Of a DNA stretch of 29,936 nucleotides, positions 7,928 to 16,899 are shown piece by piece. This DNA is from Oligoflexales bacterium. GTDB lineage: Bacteria; Bdellovibrionota_B; Oligoflexia; Oligoflexales; Bog-1112. How positions within the stretch are numbered: the first letter of the stretch is position 1; each line of letters opens with the position of its first letter. The stretch lies in NCBI GenBank assembly GCA_045105515.1, contig JBGCDR010000439.1:1-29936 (forward strand), written 5' to 3'. The notes under the pieces were generated by a model that worked only from the letters and a program-made list of their open reading frames with translations, did no database searches and was not told the origin of the DNA. The position numbers and the translations under genes were made by a program.

Positions 7928-9021
7928 TTTCCCAAAAATACCTCGCGTTCAGATATTCCATCATGGAATGAGTATTTTCCTGAAACGCCAATCGTAGCTC
8001 CAAATCGAGATTTCCTTAGAAAATCATTTCTATCCTTAGAGCTTTCAGCAACCTTAAGAACATATGCAATCATATCTCTTAGCACATAAACGATTGGCTG
8101 ATTAAGATCTTCTCCTGTCAAAACTGACTCTTTTTCTAAGAGCTGACTAAACTCTGAACGTTGCTTCATTGCCCCTGATAAGAAAGGTAACCTTGAACTA
8201 GAGTCTTTATGGGCCTCAAAATGATCTGAAATAAAATAAAAGTTTCTCGCATCAGCATTGATAATGGCGCTTAGAATATCTGGACAATAAGTCCATTGAG
8301 AATGAGCTATAATATTAATCTTTTCTGCTATCTTTCCCTGAGTAAGGTTTTTTACTAAATCAACTAACTCAAAGGCAAACCCTGATAAAAGGATGTTAAC
8401 TTTGCCCTTGCCTTTATAGGCCATGACCGTTTTTTCTATGTTTTTTATAACATCCTTCAAATCTGAGATCGTATCAATCACATCAAATGACTCTTTAAAC
8501 ACCCTATGATATTCATAGTTTGCCAAGTAAGTCTTCGGTGACACAATAATAGAAGGATTTGCGAACTCATCGACTTTTGCGATTAGTTTCATTTTCTCTG
8601 CTAAAGCATCGAAAGAGTTCATCATAGAAAATGCATAGCTATTTCTAACACTAAGCAAAGGCGAAACAGGGGTAATAAATGGCAAACGAAATTTTTCTGC
8701 AATTTGCGCTGCTTCGTTAGCTTCCATAGAATAAAGGTAGCCAAAGACGCCATACGCATTCTCATTCTTGGCAAGTTTAAAACCTTCTGCAGGACCATTA
8801 TCAAAACTAGGAACTATTTTAATCTTACTTTCGGGAAAATTATTTTTATGAGTCCTAAGAGCGTCCTTTATGGCAATCTCATATTGTTTCTTAATAACTT
8901 GATTGCGCCAAGGGTTATTGGGTATTAAACGTTCCCCAACAACAATTGAAAGGCTCATAGCATAATTTGTGGGTAAAATAATTAACCCCACTAAGAGGAC
9001 TTTTTTTGCTCTTCTATACAT
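7888..9021 (-). CDS. Periplasmic ligand-binding protein (type I PBP, LivK-like)
   Basis: Signal peptide; GVFGYLYSMEANEAAQIAEKFRLPFITP pattern; C-terminal GVSGKYSF. Confidence 0.7.
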   Translation of the reverse strand: MYRRAKKVLLVGLIILPTNYAMSLSIVVGERLIPNNPWRNQVIKKQYEIAIKDALRTHKNNFPESKIKIVPSFDNGPAEGFKLAKNENAYGVFGYLYSMEANEAAQIAEKFRLPFITPVSPLLSVRNSYAFSMMNSFDALAEKMKLIAKVDEFANPSIIVSPKTYLANYEYHRVFKESFDVIDTISDLKDVIKNIEKTVMAYKGKGKVNILLSGFAFELVDLVKNLTQGKIAEKINIIAHSQWTYCPDILSAIINADARNFYFISDHFEAHKDSSSRLPFLSGAMKQRSEFSQLLEKESVLTGEDLNQPIVYVLRDMIAYVLKVAESSKDRNDFLRKSRFGATIGVSGKYSFHDGISEREVFLGKWIKGKIKPVRQL

Positions 9022-9371
9022 TTCTCAATCTCGGGTAAAGTCATCAAACGCTTTGGTAAGACTGCATCAATGGGTTCAATAAATTCTTGTGAAAACCGGT
9101 CTTGTAAACTCCATAAGACAAGGTTTCTCTTATAGCTCAAATCATCCCTAATATAAGTAACAATATCCTTATCATAGGCATCAAAGGTATCAAATTTGTA
9201 GTCAAGAACTACTAGATAAACACCGATGAGATCTTCAGGCGAGCTAACCGCCTCGGCAAATTCATCCGGATGTTTGAAAGTCACGATTTCACAATCTCTA
9301 CTAAGAAATTCCTTTAGACTTTCCCGGTAGTGTTCCTCATCGTCAATGATAATGCATTTACGTTTTCTCAT
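8991..9371 (-). CDS. Single-domain response regulator (receiver)
   Basis: IIIDDE acidic pair, phosphoacceptor VVLDY, conserved S (LWS) and K (LPK). Confidence 0.85.
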   Translation of the reverse strand: MRKRKCIIIDDEEHYRESLKEFLSRDCEIVTFKHPDEFAEAVSSPEDLIGVYLVVLDYKFDTFDAYDKDIVTYIRDDLSYKRNLVLWSLQDRFSQEFIEPIDAVLPKRLMTLPEIEKCIEEQKKSS

Positions 9372-9853
9372 TTTGACACCATCTCTTTTACAAGGCTAAA
9401 CAACACATCGCGCTTATTTTTTGGCATGGAAACAATTCTGGTTAAACAAGTCAGGCTATCCGCAACTTCCTCTTTGTTCATCCCGAGAAACCCCTTAAGG
9501 AACCTATTTCTTAATGGTATTCCTACATAGTCAAACTTATCCAGTAGCTCTTGCTCCCAATTAAAAAGCTTCCTTTTCATTTCCAGGGTGCCACTTTCAG
9601 TACGACCATTTCGCTCTAAGAAGGAAATGAATGACGATAAGCTCATCTTATTCAACTGTGCTATTTTATGGAGGTACTCCAATACAGAAATAACCCGATT
9701 TGATGGCTTTTTGCCCTCTAGGATTCGATAAGTTGCAATCTCAACTTCTAAATTCTCAGCAGCTAGCTCTGCACTTAAACTATTAATATTACGATAGTCT
9801 TTTAAATACTGGCGTAATTGATTTTGAATTCTTTGACGCAAATTTTCATTCAT
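9368..9853 (-). CDS. Hypothetical protein, possible DNA-binding regulator divergent from the tra operon
   Basis: 161 aa helical ORF with GGAGGG RBS, coupled to the receiver gene; function inferred from position only. Confidence 0.6.
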   Translation of the reverse strand: MNENLRQRIQNQLRQYLKDYRNINSLSAELAAENLEVEIATYRILEGKKPSNRVISVLEYLHKIAQLNKMSLSSFISFLERNGRTESGTLEMKRKLFNWEQELLDKFDYVGIPLRNRFLKGFLGMNKEEVADSLTCLTRIVSMPKNKRDVLFSLVKEMVSK

Positions 9854-10039
9854 AATATTCGCTTAGACCCTCCATGGGTGTCATTTATATGGTTTCTATA
9901 AAAATCACTCCCGAGTCAGTAGAATCTATATGAATTAGATATACCTTTACAAGATAAAATCATTTAAAAATTTCATATAAATCAAAGTAGAGGCCCTATC
10001 ACTACTTGATTTCAGCTATTAATAAAAAAGGAGCACAAG

Positions 10040-10537
10040 ATGAGTCAAACAAAGTCACCTCGCCAAGATCTTGAGGGGGGATTCCTTTCAAAAAAACAAC
10101 TCAAAGTCATGACTAAATCATGGGATCAAGGCACATGGGATCATTACCTTCAAGAGGAGGTTGAATCTGGTAGGACGGAAAGTTTATTAGATGACCCATG
10201 GAAAATTGATGAATACGAGACAGGTTATGGAGACATTGCAAAAGAATCAATGGGTGAAGAAAAAATACTAGCTTTCAAAAAGAAACTTGGCTCTTTGCTT
10301 AGACTGCTATCGGAAAAAGAACAGCGAATTATTTTTCTTATTTTCTGGAAGGGCTTAAGCCAACGAGAAATTGCTCGCGTTTTGAAACTGAGCAGAGGCT
10401 CAGTGGAGAATACCCGAAACCGAGCTTTTCAAAAACTGGGCAGTGCATGGATTAAAGAGATGCTTCAAAAGGAAGGAAATAAAGATGAAGAGCAGAAAAA
10501 AACCCTCCGAAGCTGGAACGAAAAAAATCGTCCGTAA
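10040..10537 (+). CDS. Sigma70 region-4 HTH protein
   Basis: LSEKEQRIIFLIFWKGLSQREIARVLKLSRGSVENTRNRAFQKL; no region 2 apparent; AAGGAG RBS. Confidence 0.85.
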   Translation: MSQTKSPRQDLEGGFLSKKQLKVMTKSWDQGTWDHYLQEEVESGRTESLLDDPWKIDEYETGYGDIAKESMGEEKILAFKKKLGSLLRLLSEKEQRIIFLIFWKGLSQREIARVLKLSRGSVENTRNRAFQKLGSAWIKEMLQKEGNKDEEQKKTLRSWNEKNRP

Positions 10538-10642
10538 CCCACTAATATTAGATATTAATTAAAGTTCAAAAATCAGGTGGCCCCCATGTTTTTAAGCCAA
10601 AAACCGTAGGTGAGAGAAGTGCAGTTTTCCAAAGGAGGCAAT

Positions 10643-11056
10643 ATGTCACACCAGTATGTCAAGATCGAAAATGATATTCCCGTATCAGTAACCTGCAAAG
10701 GTATACATTATGAAGAGACCAAAGATTTATCTCTCGTACAACTATCAATGTTTATTGATCGCGACTTATTTAAACTCAGAAGAACATTTCCAGAAAGCAT
10801 GTTTTCGTTATCAGCGGTACTAGTGAGCGAACAACAGCAATTACGCGTTGAAGCAACAGCAAATACGTCAGAAGCCAAGAAATTGAAAAATAAGATCGAA
10901 CAAATCTTATGGTCGTACAACCAGCAGGTACTAATAGCAAAGTGTGGGAGTCTAATTCCAAAAAGAACTAGGTTCACCTACAAAATTGATATCAACAGTC
11001 TTGAAAGAGAACCCTATCCGCAAGCAGAAGCATCCAATGCCCAACAAGCAGTATAA
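10643..11056 (+). CDS. Hypothetical protein
   Basis: AAGGAGG RBS before ATG 10643; lies between the two sigma-r4 genes. Confidence 0.7.
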   Translation: MSHQYVKIENDIPVSVTCKGIHYEETKDLSLVQLSMFIDRDLFKLRRTFPESMFSLSAVLVSEQQQLRVEATANTSEAKKLKNKIEQILWSYNQQVLIAKCGSLIPKRTRFTYKIDINSLEREPYPQAEASNAQQAV

Positions 11057-11441
11057 GGAGTTAAAATTGAAAGGTTTAAATTCTATATGTTCATATTTAG
11101 ATGACGAATCGACGCAGCGAACCTCTGACAAACTAAGCTTAGATACCTATCTAAGCAAGGAGCAAGATCCAAGGGAAGTAGACTTAGCTGCAAGAACATC
11201 ATGGAATTCGGCAATGTGCCTCCATGTTAGAAAGTCATTATCCAAACTAACAAAAAGGCAAAGAGAATTGATTCACCTCAGGTTTTGGCACTCACTTAAT
11301 TCCACAGAAATTTCTAAACTACTTGGAATTTCTGAAGATGAATTTTTTAAAACACTCAACGAATCGCTTGCCAAACTGAGAAAAGAGATAGTTATTTCAA
11401 TTTTTAAATCTGTAAAACCTAAAAGTGGTCTTTCTTCATGA
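11037..11441 (+). CDS. Second sigma70 region-4 HTH protein
   Basis: LTKRQRELIHLRFWHSLNSTEISKLLGIS...SLAKLRK; start is ATG 11037 or TTG 11067 (after AAGGAG). Confidence 0.8.
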   Translation: MPNKQYKELKLKGLNSICSYLDDESTQRTSDKLSLDTYLSKEQDPREVDLAARTSWNSAMCLHVRKSLSKLTKRQRELIHLRFWHSLNSTEISKLLGISEDEFFKTLNESLAKLRKEIVISIFKSVKPKSGLSS

Positions 11442-12457
11442 GCAAACTCCTTATAATTTTATTTTCCCTGCTTACAGTTCTGAAAAGCTACGGGAAACCA
11501 TTAACGTTTCCTAATGCTTGCGATGTCGTAAGCACCCGACAGTTTGACAAGGAAATGAACCTTCAGGTCAACTATAGTTGGTGCCCTAGCCCGTGGCCTT
11601 TGCCTCCATGGCCCTGCGCCCATATTAGCTATAATCTACCAAAATACTTTATAGAAGTGGTTCATCATCCTGGGGAAACTATGTTTGGATCACTTCCCTT
11701 TGCTAAGTGGCAAATTACACCCTATAGATCCCCATTCGGATTTTCTGCTGTTGATGATAATGGAGCATATTCATACCAAGCACATGCAATCAACGTTCCC
11801 TTGAGCCAAATGGCTTTTAGTGGCTTGCCATGTGGAGGTGGCGTTCCAGATCTTATGTGCTTTTCAGCAGCTAGTGAGCATCTCGGTTCAAATTGGCTTA
11901 CTGGTATTGCTGACAAAACCCAAGCACAGTATTTAGCATGGGCTCCAAGACCAAAGGCCTGCTTGGCCAAGGGGTCTGCTGTTGGGATTACAGGCCAATG
12001 GGGAATGTCTGGTGGAGGAATAGAGTTTACTTGCTCACACCCATTTGCAGCCTGGTTACCTAGCTACCCACCAACTGATGCGCCGGTTTGTACAGCATGG
12101 GGCATTCATTTCCCACGAACTGGGATTGTTACCTCATCTGACACGACAACTGCAGCCCTAATGGTTGCCTCAAGGATCAAAAGCATCGGAGCTGATGTGT
12201 TTAGGAGTGTTAACAGCAATTTAACCGACAAGTGGCAGATGATTTATCCCCATTCAACTTCATCCTTTAAGGAGGGCCAGAGCATACCTTGGCTTCGGGG
12301 AATTGGGGTCAACGAAGCCAGTCGGCTTTCAGGCAAGCTAGACAAATTTTTGTTCGTGGTTTGGCAAGAATCAAGATGCACTGTCGATGCTGCAAGAGCA
12401 AGTATCACTCATATTTGGAAAAGTGCAATCAAGGCTGCATGCAAGGGAAATCTATGA
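11438..12457 (+). CDS. traU: TraU-family conjugal transfer protein
   Basis: Signal peptide, many Cys, WGIHFPRTGIV...AALMVASR and DKWQMIYP motifs typical of TraU. Confidence 0.72.
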   Translation: MSKLLIILFSLLTVLKSYGKPLTFPNACDVVSTRQFDKEMNLQVNYSWCPSPWPLPPWPCAHISYNLPKYFIEVVHHPGETMFGSLPFAKWQITPYRSPFGFSAVDDNGAYSYQAHAINVPLSQMAFSGLPCGGGVPDLMCFSAASEHLGSNWLTGIADKTQAQYLAWAPRPKACLAKGSAVGITGQWGMSGGGIEFTCSHPFAAWLPSYPPTDAPVCTAWGIHFPRTGIVTSSDTTTAALMVASRIKSIGADVFRSVNSNLTDKWQMIYPHSTSSFKEGQSIPWLRGIGVNEASRLSGKLDKFLFVVWQESRCTVDAARASITHIWKSAIKAACKGNL

Positions 12458-13947
12458 AATTTGGAGAATTCGTTCTTTCTAAACGAGCAATTAATCCAGA
12501 CCAACTCAAAACTGTTCTCAAGGTGTCCACCTATAGGAAAAGAAAAATTGGTCGACTAATGGTCGAGTTAGGATTCCTTAAACAAAAGTCATTGGACAGC
12601 TTAATCTTACAATATTTGCAACTACAATGCCCTTATGAACTCAAAGATTTAAAAGAACATTGCAAATCCAAAATTCTTAATTTGAGTGCTCTTCTAATAG
12701 AAAGTGGTAATGCCAACATTGAGTATGTCACCACTGATTTTTCAGACATGCTTATTGAAAAATTGGAAAAGAAACACAGCAAGGATATTAACCTTTTTCC
12801 AATATCAGCGAATATGATGAAGCTATTACTAGGAAAGATAAGCCGTGAAAAAGTAAGGGAGCAAATAATTGTTTCATCTGAATTGAGCCCTGATGAAAAA
12901 ATATTAGAGAATAACCCCTTCTCTAAACTCATAGCTCAATGTCTAAGGGATGCCAACAGCTCTAAATGCAGCGACATCCATTTTGAGCCCTTTGAAGATC
13001 GCTACCTCATTCGCTTTCGTATTCACGGTCAACTGACTGACTGGAAGACAATTACTAAAGACCATATAGAACCACTCACAAATAAATTAAAGTGGATATT
13101 AGGCTTGGATTTAGCGATTGTTTCCGAACCTCAGGATGCAAGGGCAAGTTTTACTACCTTGTGTTGTGACATGAGGGTCAACTCAATGCCAACAAGCAGT
13201 GGATCTGAAAAAATTGTAGTCCGTATTCAGTACCAAGATCAGAGTTTGAGCTTAAAGCAAATCGGTCTGGATGAAGAAAAAATTGCTCTCTTAAGAAGAA
13301 ATATCAGTAAACGTGATGGTTTGATTGTAATTTCAGGTCCAACAGGAAGCGGTAAAACCACAACTCTTTATGCCCTATTAGAAGAAATGGATAGACAGGG
13401 AAAAAACATTTCTACACTGGAAAACCCTGTAGAGAAGAAACTTGACCGCATAATCCAATCGAACATCGCCTCCGAGAGAGATATTCATACCTTTCAGCGG
13501 GCACTTATGCGTCAGGATCCAGATGTGATCCTGTTAGGTGAAATTCGCGATCCTGAAACTGCTGATTTAAGTATGAAATTAGCTTCTACAGGCCATTTAG
13601 TTCTCTCAACTGTCCATGCAAATGGAGCTAGAGAAGTAATCGATCGCTTGATTAATTTGGGTGTCGATAAATACAGCATCGAAACAAATTTGAGGCTGTC
13701 GGTTGCACAGCGATTACTTCGCAAACTTTGCCCTAACTGTAAAATTACTGCGAATATTGGATATAAAGCTAACGCCCAAGGATGTGAGCAGTGCAAGCAA
13801 GGTGTTATGGGACGTATTGCAATAATCGAGTATCTGGAAAAAGAGGATCTTATCAATAAAACATGTACGACCACATTGGCAATAGAAGGAGAGAAATTAC
13901 TTAGGAATGGCACCGTAGATTTTTCAGAATTAGCAAGCTTGTCATAG
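12454..13947 (+). CDS. GspE/PilB-family secretion ATPase
   Basis: SDIHFEP, RFRIHGQL, Walker A GPTGSGKTT, TLENPVE, MRQDPDVILLGEIRD, GHLVLSTVHA, CxxC...CxxC Zn site; ATGA overlap with traU gives start 12454. Confidence 0.93.
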   Translation: MKFGEFVLSKRAINPDQLKTVLKVSTYRKRKIGRLMVELGFLKQKSLDSLILQYLQLQCPYELKDLKEHCKSKILNLSALLIESGNANIEYVTTDFSDMLIEKLEKKHSKDINLFPISANMMKLLLGKISREKVREQIIVSSELSPDEKILENNPFSKLIAQCLRDANSSKCSDIHFEPFEDRYLIRFRIHGQLTDWKTITKDHIEPLTNKLKWILGLDLAIVSEPQDARASFTTLCCDMRVNSMPTSSGSEKIVVRIQYQDQSLSLKQIGLDEEKIALLRRNISKRDGLIVISGPTGSGKTTTLYALLEEMDRQGKNISTLENPVEKKLDRIIQSNIASERDIHTFQRALMRQDPDVILLGEIRDPETADLSMKLASTGHLVLSTVHANGAREVIDRLINLGVDKYSIETNLRLSVAQRLLRKLCPNCKITANIGYKANAQGCEQCKQGVMGRIAIIEYLEKEDLINKTCTTTLAIEGEKLLRNGTVDFSELASLS

Positions 13948-13955
13948 GAATAAAA

Positions 13956-14702
13956 ATGTACCGTTTTTTCTATTCAATCATTTTATTGTTCCTACTGATC
14001 TTGTCACACAATAGCTCATTAGCTTTTGACTATTTCGGCAACAATATTGACTACTGGAAGGAAAAAAAAACCGAAAAAATCCCCCTTAAACAGAAGGATA
14101 TTTTTAAGACTGATAAAAAGATGAAATTCAATTGGAATCAATACATTGACCCTAAAAATGATGAATTTTTTGAGGAGGGTGACTATAAACCACCAAAACC
14201 ATTTATGGAAGTGGCACGCAACCCCAGTGATGAAAATATCAAGAATTGGTTTGCGGTTATTGAAGCTAAAAACAAATTAATGAGCCGGCTTCAAGTAAAT
14301 CTTTCACAGTATCTTGCAGAGAATAAACTCAAACTAAAAGATGTCGAAAAAGAAGCAATTCAAAAAGAAATCAATGAACTGCCTAAGACTACCAGCGATC
14401 CTTTTAGGTTTAGATTTCGCTTATACTTCGAATCTAATTGCCCTCACTGTAAAAATATGATGCAGACGATGAAAGAGATTCAGGGTCAGGGGTATTTCGT
14501 TGAAATCAGGCAAATTGATAAACAAAAACCCTACTTTCCAGTTCCATTTCCCATTTTTAAGGCAAGTAAAGAGGAGTTAAAAAACAAAAAAATATCAGCT
14601 TGGCCTGTGCTTTTTATTGCAGATAGCAAAACCAAACATATTTATCGTCTTGATGGATACCAATCCAGTAAAAAAGTCCTTAAAATCCTTTCTAATAAGT
14701 AA
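13956..14702 (+). CDS. Thioredoxin-fold pilus assembly protein (TraF/TrbB-like)
   Basis: Signal peptide; YFESNCPHC and cis-Pro AWPVLF; ARNPSDENIKNW segment resembles TraF. Confidence 0.7.
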   Translation: MYRFFYSIILLFLLILSHNSSLAFDYFGNNIDYWKEKKTEKIPLKQKDIFKTDKKMKFNWNQYIDPKNDEFFEEGDYKPPKPFMEVARNPSDENIKNWFAVIEAKNKLMSRLQVNLSQYLAENKLKLKDVEKEAIQKEINELPKTTSDPFRFRFRLYFESNCPHCKNMMQTMKEIQGQGYFVEIRQIDKQKPYFPVPFPIFKASKEELKNKKISAWPVLFIADSKTKHIYRLDGYQSSKKVLKILSNK

Positions 14703-14715
14703 TCGAGGAGTTACC

Positions 14716-15078
14716 ATGTCTGATTCAAAGTCAAAATTTTTCATTATTTCAATTGCCATTTTTGGAGTTTACTTTTTCTTTTTGCCAGAGTTTTTAGAAG
14801 CCGCAGGAATTAGTTTACCTCAAGGAACAAAAAAACTAGAAGACCTAACTGCCGCATCAACGCTCTTGAGAATGATTGACAGTGCAATATTCAAGTTCGG
14901 AGCTCGGATACTAGCTGGTCTTTCAGTACTAGCAGCTGGTTGGAACCTTAAGGAACAGCGTTTTGGAATGGCTATCGTCTGTATTTTCGGTGCAGTTGTT
15001 ATGGGTACGGTACCAATGTGGATCAAGGGGATATTTGAAATTCAAGCTTCAGGTGGTGGTTCAGTCTTTGGAGGATAA
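14716..15078 (+). CDS. Conjugative pilin (TraA/VirB2/TrbC-like)
   Basis: 120 aa; leader plus two hydrophobic helices; GAGGAG RBS; immediately upstream of traL/E/K/B. Confidence 0.7.
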   Translation: MSDSKSKFFIISIAIFGVYFFFLPEFLEAAGISLPQGTKKLEDLTAASTLLRMIDSAIFKFGARILAGLSVLAAGWNLKEQRFGMAIVCIFGAVVMGTVPMWIKGIFEIQASGGGSVFGG

Positions 15079-15080
15079 GT

Positions 15081-15392
15081 ATGTACAACTATGAAGGTAT
15101 GAGAAAAAAGTATTCAACTAAAGTCAGCCAAACTGTTGATGCTCCAATCATGGTTTTCGATTTCTTCATGCTTGGAGAAATCTTTGCAGCTTTGGGAGCT
15201 TTGACAGTTTTTGGGATCGCTATCTACTCTTGGAAGCTGATGTTTCTTTCATTATTTGTAACACTTGGTGTCATACCAGCAATTCGCAAGAGGAATAATC
15301 AGGGAATTTTTCTGCATTATCCTTACAGGAAATTTGGAATGAAGCTACCAGGCATGATGAATCCTAAAGGCAACAAAATCTATTCTGATTAG
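15081..15392 (+). CDS. traL: TraL-like inner membrane protein
   Basis: 103 aa, two TM segments, VDAPIMVF and GIFLHYPY motifs, canonical position between pilin and traE. Confidence 0.68.
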   Translation: MYNYEGMRKKYSTKVSQTVDAPIMVFDFFMLGEIFAALGALTVFGIAIYSWKLMFLSLFVTLGVIPAIRKRNNQGIFLHYPYRKFGMKLPGMMNPKGNKIYSD

Positions 15393-15400
15393 GAGTACAC

Positions 15401-16114
15401 ATGATCGGCCTTAAGGAAAAGGGAGTCAAGCAAAAGGAATGTTTGACACCCAAACAAACATGGGAAAATGCTAATTATAGGGGCTTACCAAAATACATCT
15501 CATATAGAGCAGCATTGCTGAGAGAAAAGCTGGTTTTAAGTTATATGATTGGGGTGATCTCCATTATTTTTATCAGTTATTTTGCCATTTCGAGGTTTGA
15601 AATTGCCAATTTATACAGTGAATTAAGGCGAAAGGAATATATTCTTGCTCCCGGTGTCAGGAGCTTTACAGCAGCAACTCCCCAAAACGTTCCTGATTCC
15701 TACGTTGAAGATGCAGTAAATGATTTTCTTAGTAGTTTGGGAAATGTTAATGCCAGCACAATTGAAGATCAATACCAGGGATTAGTTCGCTTTATGAGTA
15801 GGGATCTAAGAGTTAAATTCGAAGCAGACTCAAGAGAGTGGATTCAACAAACCATAAGCGAAGACCTTGCGCAAATCTTCAAATTAAAAAAGAAAGAAAT
15901 TTCATCAGATGGCTCAGGCCTTTTTCGTATCCTAGCTTACGCAAGAGCTGAGTTCTACTCATCTGGAAAATCTTTAGGTCATGAAGATCAGGTTGTAGAA
16001 ATGACTCTCAAGCTTGTTCCACCTAGTCAGGCCAAACGATGGTATCTGGAAATAACGAAGCTCTCATGGACCAAGCTGGACGACTTCCGTAAACGAAAAT
16101 CGCTAAATAAATAG
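15401..16114 (+). CDS. traE: TraE-like protein
   Basis: Single TM then ILAPG and a VirB8/NTF2-like periplasmic part; gene order traL-E-K-B. Confidence 0.65.
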   Translation: MIGLKEKGVKQKECLTPKQTWENANYRGLPKYISYRAALLREKLVLSYMIGVISIIFISYFAISRFEIANLYSELRRKEYILAPGVRSFTAATPQNVPDSYVEDAVNDFLSSLGNVNASTIEDQYQGLVRFMSRDLRVKFEADSREWIQQTISEDLAQIFKLKKKEISSDGSGLFRILAYARAEFYSSGKSLGHEDQVVEMTLKLVPPSQAKRWYLEITKLSWTKLDDFRKRKSLNK

Positions 16115-16122
16115 GTAAAATA

Positions 16123-16890
16123 ATGAAATTATTAATAATATTTATGGGGCTTTGCCTCACTCAAGTAGCCATCTCCAAGTCATTGTTTTATGGATCGGAG
16201 CGTGAAAATGTGACTGTATCATACGGGACAGAAACACTATTTCGATTTGATGAAGAAGTGAAAACGATAACTCAAGCTGAGCACTTCGAAATAAAGCCTG
16301 CAGACAGTGATAACCCTGATTATAGAATCCTCTCAATTCGACCTAGATCATTATCGGCTCACGCCAACGTAACATTTATCTTAGCAAATGATAATATTGT
16401 TAACCTGAAGCTAGGAACTATAAAATCTTCTTTACATGAAAAAACCAATGCTTTCTATGATCTGAAAGCCAAAAAAGAACAGTTAGATTCATCATTTGGT
16501 AAGCAGGAGGGTATAGGCTTAACAGAAATCGAGTTAATGAAAGCGATGATTCGCAAAGATCAAGCACTTGGCTACAAAGTCAGAAATTTGAGCCAGAGGG
16601 TAAGAACTGGAAACAAGGGAATTTCGGCCAAACTAATTACAATCTATACTGGTCCAAGATTTTACGGTTACGTATTTAAAGTAACAAATTACCAAGAAAG
16701 CAATGCTTTTGCTATCGACATTAAAAGCCTCCTGTTTGGCAGACCAAGTGTAGCACTTCTTTCTCAGGTAGATCAAAATATTTTAGGTACTAGCAAAGCT
16801 GACAGAGAAACCCTACTTCGTATTGTTACTAAACCTAGTTCCACCTATCGAGCTGTTACTTTACCGATTTCTCCCATTTATAAAAAATAA
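16123..16890 (+). CDS. traK: TraK-like secretin/outer membrane core protein
   Basis: Signal peptide, beta-rich, ELMKAMIR...GY and GYVFKVTN motifs; synteny. Confidence 0.68.
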   Translation: MKLLIIFMGLCLTQVAISKSLFYGSERENVTVSYGTETLFRFDEEVKTITQAEHFEIKPADSDNPDYRILSIRPRSLSAHANVTFILANDNIVNLKLGTIKSSLHEKTNAFYDLKAKKEQLDSSFGKQEGIGLTEIELMKAMIRKDQALGYKVRNLSQRVRTGNKGISAKLITIYTGPRFYGYVFKVTNYQESNAFAIDIKSLLFGRPSVALLSQVDQNILGTSKADRETLLRIVTKPSSTYRAVTLPISPIYKK

Positions 16891-16899
16891 AGGACATAT

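Noticed and set aside
9864..9883. GAC...GTC near-palindrome upstream of 9853 considered as a fifth WYL operator
   Set aside because: Spacing is N11 rather than N7 and it overlaps the RBS
1..10039. Second copy of the att core marking the left ICE boundary
   Set aside because: No match to the 47-bp tRNA fragment seen by eye; the boundary is outside the window or lost
12289..12453. 55-aa N-terminal extension of the PilB/GspE ORF
   Set aside because: Overlaps traU by over 160 bp; the ATGA overlap at 12454 is the more plausible start
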